From positions 12,890-76,889 of IMG/VR virus record IMGVR_UViG_3300031885_000006: a stretch of 64,000 nt of DNA. One strand, given 5' to 3'. A model generated the notes under the pieces. That model was not told where the DNA came from and did no database searches. It saw nothing but the letters and a program-made list of their open reading frames with translations. A program made the position numbers and the translations under genes. Positions 1 to 9,005 of this stretch are shown here, one piece after another (position 1 is the stretch's first letter; the number at the start of each line of letters is the position of its first letter). The DNA is from a virus.

Positions 1-843
1 TCCTACACTGCGTTTAAGGGAGGCCATTCCTCTACCGCCACCGTAATCTTCACTAATTGTTTCAACTTCGATAGCTCCTTCGGCTCGATCTTGCACAACA
101 TTGATATGATTGCGTTTTGGAGTTTTAGCTTGAGCCAAATCTGTTGAGAATGTAATTGGCTCCCCCGTGACTACCGAAACAATAACGTCTTTCCAATCAT
201 CTTCTGTATTATTATCAACGATAGCCAAGCCTTTAAAGGCAACAATATCATTGCAATTTAAACGATAGCTAATTTTCCAAGCAGCGGCGGGCACTGAATA
301 TTGAATTTCAACATTTGAATCTTCGACGCCCAAGAGAGACAATTTAACAAAAGTGCCATCTGGTTTGATGCTTTGGAGATTGGCGGCAAAGGCTTTCTTG
401 ACTTCCTCTTGAACTTTTACATCTGTAAATTCGAAATTCGAAATATCATCAAGAGGCACCGCAAGGAATTGATTGCCAGCTTTACAAACAAGGCTGGTAA
501 TTTCTCTGTGTTCGGAAGTTTCTTTATGAATTCCACACAGATTGCATTTGACGACCTCGCCATCGATGCGATTCAAAATAATTTCTGCGCCGCTTAATTT
601 TGTCGCTAGCTCTACCAACACATTATCAGACGCCAAAGACAGAGCATCTTCACTATTGACGGTTTTGAAGCTTGGTGGCGAAGTCAACTTAACATTTCCA
701 TAAACGTTAAGGGACGCCAAGATATCTCCTACGTGGCTACTTTTAACGGCCAAAGAGATCTCTTTGGTATCATCTTTTTTGATTTCGTAATTTTGAATGA
801 AATCGGCGATGCCATTGCTAAAAATGGTAATTTTGTTATTCAC
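1..843 (-). CDS. DUF4139/MuiA-like protein, C-terminus runs off the window
   Basis: Hand-translated and not in the track. GTG at 843 after AAGGA; open to position 1. Reads MNNKITIFSNGIADF...YSVPAAAWKISYRL...AIVDNNTEDDWKDVIVSVVTGEP, typical of the DUF4139 region. Confidence 0.7.
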   Translation of the reverse strand, partial: MNNKITIFSNGIADFIQNYEIKKDDTKEISLAVKSSHVGDILASLNVYGNVKLTSPPSFKTVNSEDALSLASDNVLVELATKLSGAEIILNRIDGEVVKCNLCGIHKETSEHREITSLVCKAGNQFLAVPLDDISNFEFTDVKVQEEVKKAFAANLQSIKPDGTFVKLSLLGVEDSNVEIQYSVPAAAWKISYRLNCNDIVAFKGLAIVDNNTEDDWKDVIVSVVTGEPITFSTDLAQAKTPKRNHINVVQDRAEGAIEVETISEDYGGGRGMASLKRSVG

Positions 844-902
844 AATGATCTTCCTTTAAAATTGGATTTGGCCAGAAATAGGATGGTAGATCAATTTCGA
901 AA

Positions 903-1484
903 TTACGTCAATGCCAGAATTTCTTCGAATTTGGAGAAGCTTTCAATGCCGAATCTTTGACGAATGAGTTCAAGTGCGGCGAATCCATACTGTTGGGCAC
1001 AAACACGAGAAACAAGTTTTTCTTGTCCGTACCGACTAACCATTTGCTCGGCTATTTCGGCCCATGTCATTTCATTCATAAAGTGATCATAGAGAATTTT
1101 TTTATTTCTTATATCTTTCTCTGTGTCATCTTTGTGATCTTTGAACATATCTTCAATAACAACGCCAACCACCAATTTATCAATTGTTGCTGGAGTTGTT
1201 GCTGGACAAAGCTCTGAATCTATGGAAACAACATTTCCTTGTCGTTTTTGACGCTTTTGTCGTCTCCAACGTTGAATTAATGATTTTTTAATACAAACAA
1301 CAGCATAGGTGGAAAACAAACCCACTTCAGGTTTATATTCTTTGTATGCATTGATAAGGGCCAAAACGCCTTCACTATATTCCTCAGAGTCTTCAGTATT
1401 AACGCCCTTTGGTACGTATTTAGACACGACCATGCGAACAAGGCCCAAGTGGTCCTCTGCTTTAATTATCGTTTCCATTTCCAT
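903..1484 (-). CDS. Sigma-70 family RNA polymerase sigma factor
   Basis: Region 2 motifs HLGLVRMVV..EGVLALINA..Y.P..G.FSTYA and a C-terminal HTH (MTWAEIAE). Confidence 0.8.
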   Translation of the reverse strand: MEMETIIKAEDHLGLVRMVVSKYVPKGVNTEDSEEYSEGVLALINAYKEYKPEVGLFSTYAVVCIKKSLIQRWRRQKRQKRQGNVVSIDSELCPATTPATIDKLVVGVVIEDMFKDHKDDTEKDIRNKKILYDHFMNEMTWAEIAEQMVSRYGQEKLVSRVCAQQYGFAALELIRQRFGIESFSKFEEILALT

Positions 1485-1562
1485 TTCAAATCACACCCAA
1501 TCGCTCAGGCGAAGTCACAATACAGCAACCCAAGCTAACAATATACTATATTTATAAACAAT

Positions 1563-1595
1563 AAAAAAGCCCGTTTTCTAAAAACGGGCTTTTTT
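1563..1595. terminator. Intrinsic terminator, bidirectional; ends the Ro60 operon
   Basis: aaaaaagcccgtttt-cta-aaaacgggctttttt inverted repeat flanked by A and T tracts. Confidence 0.85.
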
Positions 1596-1600
1596 AAAAA

Positions 1601-1658
1601 CCAAGACGAGTATCGATAAGAAGCCTTTTGGTAATGTATTCCTATCTAGCATTCTTGG
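1601..1658 (-). ncRNA. Minimal Y-RNA-like hairpin, copy 1
   Basis: Minus strand reads CCAAGA-AUG..GAUAGGAA-loop-UUCUUAUC..ACUCG-UCUUGG. Near-identical to 1671-1726 with compensatory changes in the closing stem; lies downstream of Ro60. Confidence 0.65.
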
Positions 1659-1670
1659 ATATTTTAAAAA

Positions 1671-1726
1671 CCGGACGAGTATCGATAAGAAGTTTTTTTT
1701 GCAATGTATTCCTATCTGCATTCCGG
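1671..1726 (-). ncRNA. Minimal Y-RNA-like hairpin, copy 2
   Basis: Minus strand reads CCGGA-AUG..GAUAGGAA-loop-UUCUUAUC..ACUCG-UCCGG. Confidence 0.65.
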
Positions 1727-1738
1727 CATATTTTTACA

Positions 1739-2191
1739 CTAATTACATTTTTGCTTTTTGGTAAATAATTCTGACAGATCATTCAAACTAGGTTCAAATA
1801 TACACAATTTATAACCAATCACCAACACCATTGGATGATCAAGCACCATCCTGCCGCATCCACCATTACAAACATCCATTCTAGCAGTATTACAATGTTT
1901 GGCTGATTTGTAAACAACCTCTTTGGGCAATTTAGCTTCATGCACCAAATTACAACGCAAAAACTTATAACAAAAAGCAGCCAATGTGTAATGCTTTTTT
2001 CCAATTAAAAATTTTCTTTTATCTTCCGGCATCACCGCTGACATAACCGCTCGGAATGCGGCACCATCTTTCAATTTAGGACATCTTAGACGAGAAACAC
2101 CTGCCACTGCGAGTAAAACACTAATTAATGCTCCTTCATAAAATTCATTGTCATAAAGACAAGCAGCTTCCTTCAACCTAGTTCTAATCAT
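1739..2191 (-). CDS. Hypothetical protein (RxxxxH, HEPN-like motif RCNLVH)
   Basis: 150-aa ORF overlapping the upstream stop (ATGA); contains LRCNLVHEA. Confidence 0.55.
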   Translation of the reverse strand: MIRTRLKEAACLYDNEFYEGALISVLLAVAGVSRLRCPKLKDGAAFRAVMSAVMPEDKRKFLIGKKHYTLAAFCYKFLRCNLVHEAKLPKEVVYKSAKHCNTARMDVCNGGCGRMVLDHPMVLVIGYKLCIFEPSLNDLSELFTKKQKCN

Positions 2192-3042
2192 TTTCCTCCA
2201 AAATTTTTATACCATGCTTGATGACACGCAAGTTTTGTTTTTAACTCAAAACCATTTAGTTGTTCCCATTTCCTTTCAAGGCCGGGAATGTCTAAAATCA
2301 TTATTTTTTGCAATATTGCAAACGCTCTTGCTCCAGTTATTTTGTAATCTGAAACTTTTCTAGTCTTTCGTCGTCTAGCTTTTGCCCGCATTTTCCCAGC
2401 AGGTGGAACTATCTCATCAAAAACAGATTGAATCCAATTTAATACATCAAAAGTTCCAGTAAAACTTACTTCTAAACGACCTTTATCAAATCTTATGCAA
2501 CCATCACCATCAAGATAACCTTTGATAAAAGCCAACTTATGGTTCACATCACTTAAATTCGGCGGCTGCAAGATAAGTGATTTTTTACGGACAATATTGA
2601 AATTCCTTTGCAACGCCTCTACAACTCGGGTTGCACTACAAATTTCAACAATAGCTGTATACTTATCTTCTCCTGTATGGAAATACTTGCCTTTCCTAAT
2701 TTTTACATTGCCTGTGTATTTGATATCGTCAGCGAATTTTTGAATGTGTTTAACATCATCAGATTTAAACGCCAAAAAAAGATAATAGCTGTTATCACGT
2801 ACTTTTCTGACCCAACCATCTGCTGCTAATACTCCAGCCCAATAACAATTCCCAACATCTGGTTCATCAAAATAATTTTCATTATGTTGATACTTTTTAA
2901 GACCTTTTTTCAATCCTAAAATATGAGCGTGATTTGTAATTGCACTTGGAGTCTTACCAAGTATTTCGGCTATTTCACTTCTATTTTTAGAAGGATATAG
3001 CTCCCTAAGTTTTTCCTCGTCTTCAAGATTCCACTTTTTCAT
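2188..3042 (-). CDS. Free-standing LAGLIDADG homing endonuclease
   Basis: Two motifs, YWAGVLAADG and FIKGYLDGDG, plus an N-terminal HTH. Confidence 0.85.
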   Translation of the reverse strand: MKKWNLEDEEKLRELYPSKNRSEIAEILGKTPSAITNHAHILGLKKGLKKYQHNENYFDEPDVGNCYWAGVLAADGWVRKVRDNSYYLFLAFKSDDVKHIQKFADDIKYTGNVKIRKGKYFHTGEDKYTAIVEICSATRVVEALQRNFNIVRKKSLILQPPNLSDVNHKLAFIKGYLDGDGCIRFDKGRLEVSFTGTFDVLNWIQSVFDEIVPPAGKMRAKARRRKTRKVSDYKITGARAFAILQKIMILDIPGLERKWEQLNGFELKTKLACHQAWYKNFGGK

Positions 3043-3096
3043 GTTATGCCTTATACAAGATAGATTTCTATCTTATATAGGCACCAACATGAAAAT

Positions 3097-4674
3097 TTAA
3101 ATTTCAATCTTTTCGATTACGTCTACCCAATGGTCTGCTGACGCACCATATTTGATAAAATCAGCAATGACATCAAATGATGCATCCGACCAGCCGCCAC
3201 ACTGCAATATTTCCTTGCTAGGAGCTACTTGGCTAGTTGTATTTGGGATCAAGTCCACGCAAACCAATTTCGACTTTTGATTGCGATTCTTGAATTTGCT
3301 CCATTCGTCAAGCATGGATGTGCCACGACCATAATATCCGCCACCATTTACCCAAGATTCGTTATCTGAGATAAAAATAACAGCCGAGCCTTTAGCCTGA
3401 CGACTATTTAATTCACGCAACGCACAACCACAATCTGTGCCACCACCATTGCGAGCAAATTTTTGAGCATTAGTCATAACGGAATCACGAGGATTCACAT
3501 TGACGGAATGCACTACTGTGTCGAACAACAATACTTCTGCTAATTTATTTTTTCGCAACATAGCTGCTGCCACCAAAGCTGCAACGTCCAAACAACGCAC
3601 GGACGAAGTTGCCCCAGCACGATAGCCAGTGATCGCACTTCTCATGGAACCGCTAGTATCTACGCAAATATAAATCTGACCGTCGATAGCTGGGGTGTTT
3701 TCCAACGCAGTTTCCATAGCATCTTGCAACGATTCACGCACCATTGCTGGCACATTTACGGCTGCATTATAAGCCATGAGCAACTGATATGGATAAGCAC
3801 GAGCCTTAACAATTTCCTCTTTGTTGGAAAGTTTATCCGCAACAGCCTTTACCAATTCTGGAGAATTGAATACGCCATATTTTTGGAAATTGTTCAAGTT
3901 CATACGGGTCATCTGCCAACCACCGTGACGTGCTTGGGATTCCCACATTTTACAAGCTTCTTCTTTGGTCAAAATGCTATCGAGCATTCGGAAGTCAACC
4001 TTTGGGATTTCTCCTTCATGGTTCTTCTTGAAGTTTTCATATTGCTGTACGATAGCTGGCAAGTGGCTAAACACTTCTGCTTTGCCGCTAACCAAATAAC
4101 CATACAACGCTCGTTTTTCTTCATTTTCTGGACGTGGACGAGCCATACGCAAAATGTCACGCATAGTTGGATCGTTACCGATACTTGCACGGAAAATGAA
4201 TTCCGAAGTATGAGATTCAAACCAAGTATTGATAGCACGTCGCACACTGCCAGAGCTTACGTTCAATTTCTTTCCAGCTTGACCGGATCGGCCAATTTGG
4301 ATGAAATTACGCAACATCTTGCCGTTATCAATAATTTTTGGAAACACTTGACGGAACAATTTGCTATCCAAAGTTGCAAGTACCGCAACGAGATATGCAG
4401 GCATATCTTTCATATATGCTTTGTTACGAGCATATACAGCTACTTTTGCAATAAACTCTGGATCGCTGTGCAATTTAGCCACAGCTTCCTTAGCAATTTT
4501 AAGATTAGACTCAGCATCTGCATAATAAGTGCCGTTGAAGCAATTAGTGCATGCAATTTGAGCCAACGCATGACGAGAAGTCATTTCGTAAGCTTTGCCG
4601 CCAGCCGCATTTACAGTGTTTGCAGCAGGAATTTCACTAGTTGGCGCACCGCCAAACAAAGATTTATTAGCCAT
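3097..4674 (-). CDS. rsr: Ro60/Rsr RNA-binding protein (TROVE + vWA domains)
   Basis: N-terminal NAAGGKAY, TROVE repeats, vWA MIDAS motif CVDTSGSM, GGGTD and ISDNESW. Confidence 0.92.
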   Translation of the reverse strand: MANKSLFGGAPTSEIPAANTVNAAGGKAYEMTSRHALAQIACTNCFNGTYYADAESNLKIAKEAVAKLHSDPEFIAKVAVYARNKAYMKDMPAYLVAVLATLDSKLFRQVFPKIIDNGKMLRNFIQIGRSGQAGKKLNVSSGSVRRAINTWFESHTSEFIFRASIGNDPTMRDILRMARPRPENEEKRALYGYLVSGKAEVFSHLPAIVQQYENFKKNHEGEIPKVDFRMLDSILTKEEACKMWESQARHGGWQMTRMNLNNFQKYGVFNSPELVKAVADKLSNKEEIVKARAYPYQLLMAYNAAVNVPAMVRESLQDAMETALENTPAIDGQIYICVDTSGSMRSAITGYRAGATSSVRCLDVAALVAAAMLRKNKLAEVLLFDTVVHSVNVNPRDSVMTNAQKFARNGGGTDCGCALRELNSRQAKGSAVIFISDNESWVNGGGYYGRGTSMLDEWSKFKNRNQKSKLVCVDLIPNTTSQVAPSKEILQCGGWSDASFDVIADFIKYGASADHWVDVIEKIEI

Positions 4675-4698
4675 TTTATCTGTTCCTTATGTAAGTTT

Positions 4699-4760
4699 AT
4701 TCCCGTGAGGGACGAGTTTTGAATAATCACTCTTGGGCAAAAGCAATTATCCGGTAAAAC
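4699..4760 (-). promoter_or_regulatory. Structured 5' leader of rsr carrying a permuted copy of the Y-like motif
   Basis: Minus strand has hairpin GGAUAAUUGC/GUGAUUAUUC, then ACUCGUCCC-UCAC-GGGAAU, just upstream of the SD AAGGA (4684-4688). Confidence 0.5.
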
Positions 4761-4790
4761 CATTATACGCCAAAAATATCATTTGTAAAG
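4761..4790 (-). promoter_or_regulatory. Sigma70-type promoter of rsr (TTTACA-N16-TATAAT)
   Basis: Both hexamers visible; 29/30 nt identical to 59376-59405. Confidence 0.8.
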
Positions 4791-4802
4791 TTGAAGAGAA
4801 AA

Positions 4803-5072
4803 TTATTCTGTAATTTCTTCAACACATACAGTTATATTGGAGGCACGATTGACGATTTCATCTCTGCGAGCGTCCATTGCCGAAACAATTTGAGTTTCTA
4901 CAGATTTCACCACAAAAGAACGATTGGTGGTGGCTTCGACACGAAAAGGAATCGCACCAATACAATTCAAAATCTCACCAACATACGGAACCCTATCATC
5001 TGAATAAACAAATTCAAGCCGACCATCAAGTTGGATTTCAATGTCAAATTTAAATTGATTCATAAGGGACAC
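4803..5072 (-). CDS. Hypothetical protein
   Basis: 89-aa ORF filling the gap between ligA and rsr. Confidence 0.55.
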   Translation of the reverse strand: MSLMNQFKFDIEIQLDGRLEFVYSDDRVPYVGEILNCIGAIPFRVEATTNRSFVVKSVETQIVSAMDARRDEIVNRASNITVCVEEITE

Positions 5073-5078
5073 ACATAA

Positions 5079-7226
5079 TTAAGAAAGGTTCAGGATTTTT
5101 TTCAACTCATCGACCGAAATCAACGAAATTCCTAGCTTTTTGGCTTTTTCCGCCTTTGAACCGGCATCGACGCCTTCGACCACGAAATTCGTCGTTTTTG
5201 ACACACTAGAACCGCATTTTCCGCCCTGTTCTTCGATCAAACCCTCATAAAACTTCTTCCCCTTATCAAATCCACCTGTCAGCACGAAATTCTGCCCGGT
5301 AAGTGGACCCGTTTTAGGCAACTCAGGTTCGATAAATTTTAGCAATTCTTTGATGCCCGGCTCATGGCTGGTCAGGTATTCATTGACCAGCATAGCTGTT
5401 TTAATGCCTACGCCTTCAACGGCTGCTAATTGTTCGTCGCTGGCAGCCATAATTTTATCTAAGCTACCAAAATGATCGACCAATGCTTTGCCCGCACTTT
5501 TTCCGGCGCTTTCAATTCCAAAAGCGGCAAATAGTCGCCACAACGGAACAACCTTTTTATTCTTTTGTGCTTTGACGATAGCTTTCTGCAAATCATCGTC
5601 TTCCATCTGATCGGGGCTATCGATCATATGAATTCCAGCTACAGCTAGCATGCCTTCTCGTTCTGAGAGGCCAGAATGGCGACATTGCTGAACAGTTAGT
5701 TTATAAAAATCAGCAAAATGTTTAATCCATCCACCAGCAACCAAATCAGCCACTGTGGATTCTCCCAATCCCAAAACACCAATTGTTTTAAGAAAGTGTA
5801 AAAGTCTGCTGATATTTTTAGCCGGGCAGTCGTCGTTAATGCACATCAACTCATACATATCGCCACCCGATGTTGGCGTATGTTTAACATGCGTTTTTTC
5901 GCCACAGGATGGACAACTGCGTGGGTAATTAATTTCTTCAACCTGAAGATAATCGACTTCTCCACCCGCAACACCGACAACTTTGGGGATAATTTTGCCA
6001 GCTTTTAGAACAATAATTTTCGTTCCAACTGCAATTTTATTTCTAAAAATGAAGCCAACATTATGCAAAGTTGCTCGACGAACTTGGGTGCCTGCCAAGG
6101 GGACCGCATCAAAAATAGCAACAGGTTTAATTGCCCCTGTACGGCCTGTGTTCCACTCAATAGAAGAAACTACAGGGTTGGCTCGTTCTTCAGCGAATTT
6201 CCAGGCAATCTTTCCTTTTGGAGTACCAGTTTTGGGATCTCCGCTACGTCCCAATTGTTCTTGATCTTCTAGATTATTGACGCCGATTACAACGCCATCG
6301 ACTTCATAATCCAGATTAGCAACATTCGCCTCCATTTCGGCTAAATCATAGAAATTGAATTCTTTAATTTGCACAAAGGGGATGCCCAATTCTTTATTGC
6401 AGAATTTGGCACGCTCAATTTCAGTTTTATAAGGCGGGCTATCAATTCCTTCAACGGAATAACCAATAAAACTAAGTCGTTGGTCTTTAACTTTAGCGGG
6501 CTCTTTAAACTGACGAATTCCACCTGCGGTGTGGTTGCGAGGATTGGCACGAAGTTGTTCGCCCAATGATGCCAATTCCTGTTGAACCTTATTGAAATCT
6601 GATAACTTGCAAATCAATTCACCACGAATTGAGCATGTGATCGGCAACTTCAATTCTTCAGGAATATCATGAACATATTTTACTTGTTCGGTAACATCTT
6701 CACCGTGAACGCCATCTTTTGGCCGTAGCCCGGCTTTAACCAATTTGCCTTTTTCGTAATACAAGCCTAGAGCAACGCCATCAAGTTTGTAACTTTGATA
6801 AAACGTATTTCTTGGATAGGTGACAACTTCGTTGTTGAAGGTACGTTCTTTTTGTTGAACGCCATCAATTTCTTTGGCAGCCAAATCAAAAACTTTATTT
6901 TTACCATCCAATTCAACGGTGCAATCGTTCAGCCACTTAAAAAGCTGCTCTTCTTGGACATCAAGATCTTCGTGACTTGCTTTAGCAATACTGGTGAGGG
7001 GCGGATGATGCTTCATCTTTTTGACGGCACTACTGGCCTTGGATGCCGTCACGGTATCGAACAATTTGGCATTTGGATTCAAAGCCTTCAATGCTCGACG
7101 CATCGAATCATATTCACCATCACTAACGATTTCACCCGTATCTGGATGAGTACAATCATCACCCACTTCATAAAGTGTGTCTAGGTGAGCGATAACACGT
7201 TCTAATAATTGAGCTTGAGTTTCCAT
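5079..7226 (-). CDS. ligA: NAD-dependent DNA ligase
   Basis: KLDG adenylation motif, RGE, DGVV, TGRTG, ATLHN, KAGKIIP, Zn finger CPSC..C..C, HhH and BRCT. Start moved to ATG 7226 (GGAG upstream). Confidence 0.95.
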   Translation of the reverse strand: METQAQLLERVIAHLDTLYEVGDDCTHPDTGEIVSDGEYDSMRRALKALNPNAKLFDTVTASKASSAVKKMKHHPPLTSIAKASHEDLDVQEEQLFKWLNDCTVELDGKNKVFDLAAKEIDGVQQKERTFNNEVVTYPRNTFYQSYKLDGVALGLYYEKGKLVKAGLRPKDGVHGEDVTEQVKYVHDIPEELKLPITCSIRGELICKLSDFNKVQQELASLGEQLRANPRNHTAGGIRQFKEPAKVKDQRLSFIGYSVEGIDSPPYKTEIERAKFCNKELGIPFVQIKEFNFYDLAEMEANVANLDYEVDGVVIGVNNLEDQEQLGRSGDPKTGTPKGKIAWKFAEERANPVVSSIEWNTGRTGAIKPVAIFDAVPLAGTQVRRATLHNVGFIFRNKIAVGTKIIVLKAGKIIPKVVGVAGGEVDYLQVEEINYPRSCPSCGEKTHVKHTPTSGGDMYELMCINDDCPAKNISRLLHFLKTIGVLGLGESTVADLVAGGWIKHFADFYKLTVQQCRHSGLSEREGMLAVAGIHMIDSPDQMEDDDLQKAIVKAQKNKKVVPLWRLFAAFGIESAGKSAGKALVDHFGSLDKIMAASDEQLAAVEGVGIKTAMLVNEYLTSHEPGIKELLKFIEPELPKTGPLTGQNFVLTGGFDKGKKFYEGLIEEQGGKCGSSVSKTTNFVVEGVDAGSKAEKAKKLGISLISVDELKKILNLS

Positions 7227-7228
7227 GT

Positions 7229-7408
7229 TTATTCTCCTACTAGACGGCATCGCCATGCTTCGACGATAGAATCGTCTTCCTCAAAAGAAAAAGCTGGCTT
7301 CCCCAGGGGGTGTTCCACCACGTCTTTTACGGTGTTGGCTTTATAACTAGATTTAAAAGGTTTGCCGGAAATCTTGACTACTTTTTTACCAATATATTCT
7401 TCAAACAT
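7229..7408 (-). CDS. Small hypothetical phage protein (59 aa)
   Basis: Hand-translated MFEEYIGKKVVKISGKPFKSSYKANTVKDVVEHPLGKPAFSFEEDDSIVEAWRCRLVGE; fills the gap exactly. Confidence 0.7.
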   Translation of the reverse strand: MFEEYIGKKVVKISGKPFKSSYKANTVKDVVEHPLGKPAFSFEEDDSIVEAWRCRLVGE

Positions 7409-7410
7409 AA

Positions 7411-7761
7411 TTAGGCATCCATAAGGTTGTGATTCGTCAATTTCTCGACGAACCTAATTGCGTACTTCCAGCCTTTATCATCTGGAGTGAAGCGGGCAAT
7501 CGGATAAACGTAGTTTTCTTTTTCATCACCAAAATGTGGATCTAGATTTTTTTGTTTGACCAGATCTACAAATTTAGCTTCATAGACCAGAATTTTCATG
7601 CCATTGTGATTTTTGCAATCAGGGTATCGCAGTTTCAAGATGGCGAAGCCACCATGCTCAAAACAATCGACTAGATCCCACTTGGTGGGATCGGGAACTG
7701 ATTCATTTTTATAGACAATCTGGTATTCTACATCCCTGTGTCTGCTGCCGTAGATGCCCAT
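7411..7761 (-). CDS. Hypothetical phage protein
   Basis: 116-aa ORF with TAATG coupling to infA. Confidence 0.7.
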   Translation of the reverse strand: MGIYGSRHRDVEYQIVYKNESVPDPTKWDLVDCFEHGGFAILKLRYPDCKNHNGMKILVYEAKFVDLVKQKNLDPHFGDEKENYVYPIARFTPDDKGWKYAIRFVEKLTNHNLMDA

Positions 7762-7982
7762 TATTTCATCCTAAATGTAATGCGACCTTGAGTAAGATCA
7801 TATGGTGACACTTCAACCTTTACTTTATCGCCGGGTACAACCCGAATAAAATTCTTTCTGATGCTGCCTGCTAAACGGCACAACAAAACCAATTCTGAGT
7901 CATCGACTTTGACTCTGAATGCACCTTTGACAGCCTCAAGCACTGTGCCCTGAAGTTCTATCGGGGCTTCTTTTTCCTTCAT
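7761..7982 (-). CDS. infA: Translation initiation factor IF-1
   Basis: IELQGTVLEA..FRV..GSIRKNFIRVVPGDKVKVEVSPYDLTQGRITFR. Confidence 0.95.
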   Translation of the reverse strand: MKEKEAPIELQGTVLEAVKGAFRVKVDDSELVLLCRLAGSIRKNFIRVVPGDKVKVEVSPYDLTQGRITFRMK

Positions 7983-7995
7983 TTGCTCTCCTAAA

Positions 7996-8023
7996 AGTAT
8001 ACTACGATTTTAAAACTTGTGAA
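7996..8023 (-). promoter_or_regulatory. Promoter TTCACA-N16-TATACT for infA
   Basis: Same architecture as the other sigma70-type promoters in the window. Confidence 0.6.
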
Positions 8024-8024
8024 C

Positions 8025-8246
8025 TTATTCTTCGTGAAGTTCAACCATGACTGTTCTGGAGATATCTCCAGATCCATTCCAACCATAAAGATATTTTTTA
8101 TTATGCCACTTAAAAGTCACCCAGCTTTTAGACAACTCTTTAATTTCGGTTGAATTTGGCGGAAGTTCCTGTTGCCATTGCAACAAACGACCTTCTGGAG
8201 TCGTACAGCCACAGAGCAACAAGCTAATTAGAAATAGCTTTTTCAT
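8025..8246 (-). CDS. Small lipoprotein
   Basis: MKK, hydrophobic stretch and lipobox LLCGC. Confidence 0.6.
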   Translation of the reverse strand: MKKLFLISLLLCGCTTPEGRLLQWQQELPPNSTEIKELSKSWVTFKWHNKKYLYGWNGSGDISRTVMVELHEE

Positions 8247-8890
8247 TGATGATGATCTCCTGTAGTGTGACCGGGTCTGTCCTTCAATATGTCTATGACT
8301 TCTTCTAACGCAAATGGCCGATAAGCTCCCAACAATTTGGCGGCATTATCAACGCCAATATCCATTGAACGCCGACCGGGCATGATTTTATCAGCCCATC
8401 GTTCAGCAGTGCTATGGCTATGAGCATAGCACAGGATCGCTTTATGATGATGCTTATTCCAAATAGCCCCACAATAATGATCAAATACAAAGAATTGATT
8501 ATTATATGTGGTAAACGCTCTATGCCCATTCGTCTCAAATATCGAAGGCATATCATCATAAAAGTCATGATTGCCAAAAATCTGATGGACTCGCCTGCAA
8601 TTAATCCGATCCCTAAATCTTTTTACTGTTTTGTAATAATCGTATTTAGCACCAAAGCAAAAGTCACCAACATGATAAAGTTCATCATCTTCTCCAACTA
8701 GCTTGTTGATTTCATCAAAAAGGTAGTCATTCATCCGTTCAACGGACTCACGACTAACCCTAAAATCAACTCCTTCATCTAGTTGCTTTTGTTCTTTTTC
8801 ATTCAACCCAGGACGCCGACAATACTTCATGATGTTCGCATGATTTATGTGAAGATCTGAAGTTACGAATTTTCTTCTTTCTTTTTTCAT
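8243..8890 (-). CDS. Calcineurin-like metallophosphoesterase
   Basis: SDLH, VGDF, GNHD and AHSH motifs. Confidence 0.88.
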   Translation of the reverse strand: MKKERRKFVTSDLHINHANIMKYCRRPGLNEKEQKQLDEGVDFRVSRESVERMNDYLFDEINKLVGEDDELYHVGDFCFGAKYDYYKTVKRFRDRINCRRVHQIFGNHDFYDDMPSIFETNGHRAFTTYNNQFFVFDHYCGAIWNKHHHKAILCYAHSHSTAERWADKIMPGRRSMDIGVDNAAKLLGAYRPFALEEVIDILKDRPGHTTGDHHQ

Positions 8891-8897
8891 GCAGCAT

Positions 8898-8925
8898 ATT
8901 CTACCACATAAATTCGATTTGTAAA
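8898..8925 (-). promoter_or_regulatory. Promoter TTTACA-N16-TAGAAT
   Basis: Hexamers lie directly upstream of the ATG at 8890. Confidence 0.6.
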
Positions 8926-8929
8926 CTAG

Positions 8930-8965
8930 AAAAAGCTCCTTTAACGCAAGGCTAAAGGAGCTTTT
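8930..8965. terminator. Intrinsic terminator
   Basis: aaaagctccttta...taaaggagctttt inverted repeat. Confidence 0.8.
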
Positions 8966-9005
8966 ATGTTGCTTCCCAATTAATTGAAATCACCCCCTTC
9001 AGAGT

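Noticed and set aside
1601-1726. Mini CRISPR array
   Set aside because: Only two units, ~57 nt long with a 12-nt gap and no cas genes. The covarying hairpin fits a structured RNA better.
2188-3042. Homing endonuclease genes as intron-encoded ORFs
   Set aside because: Flanks are short with no group I core elements. This and the genes at 12446, 46712 and 53576 look free-standing.
3724-4722. 332-aa plus-strand ORF
   Set aside because: Antisense shadow of rsr with no recognisable motifs. The other short antisense or nested ORFs in the track were dropped for the same reason.
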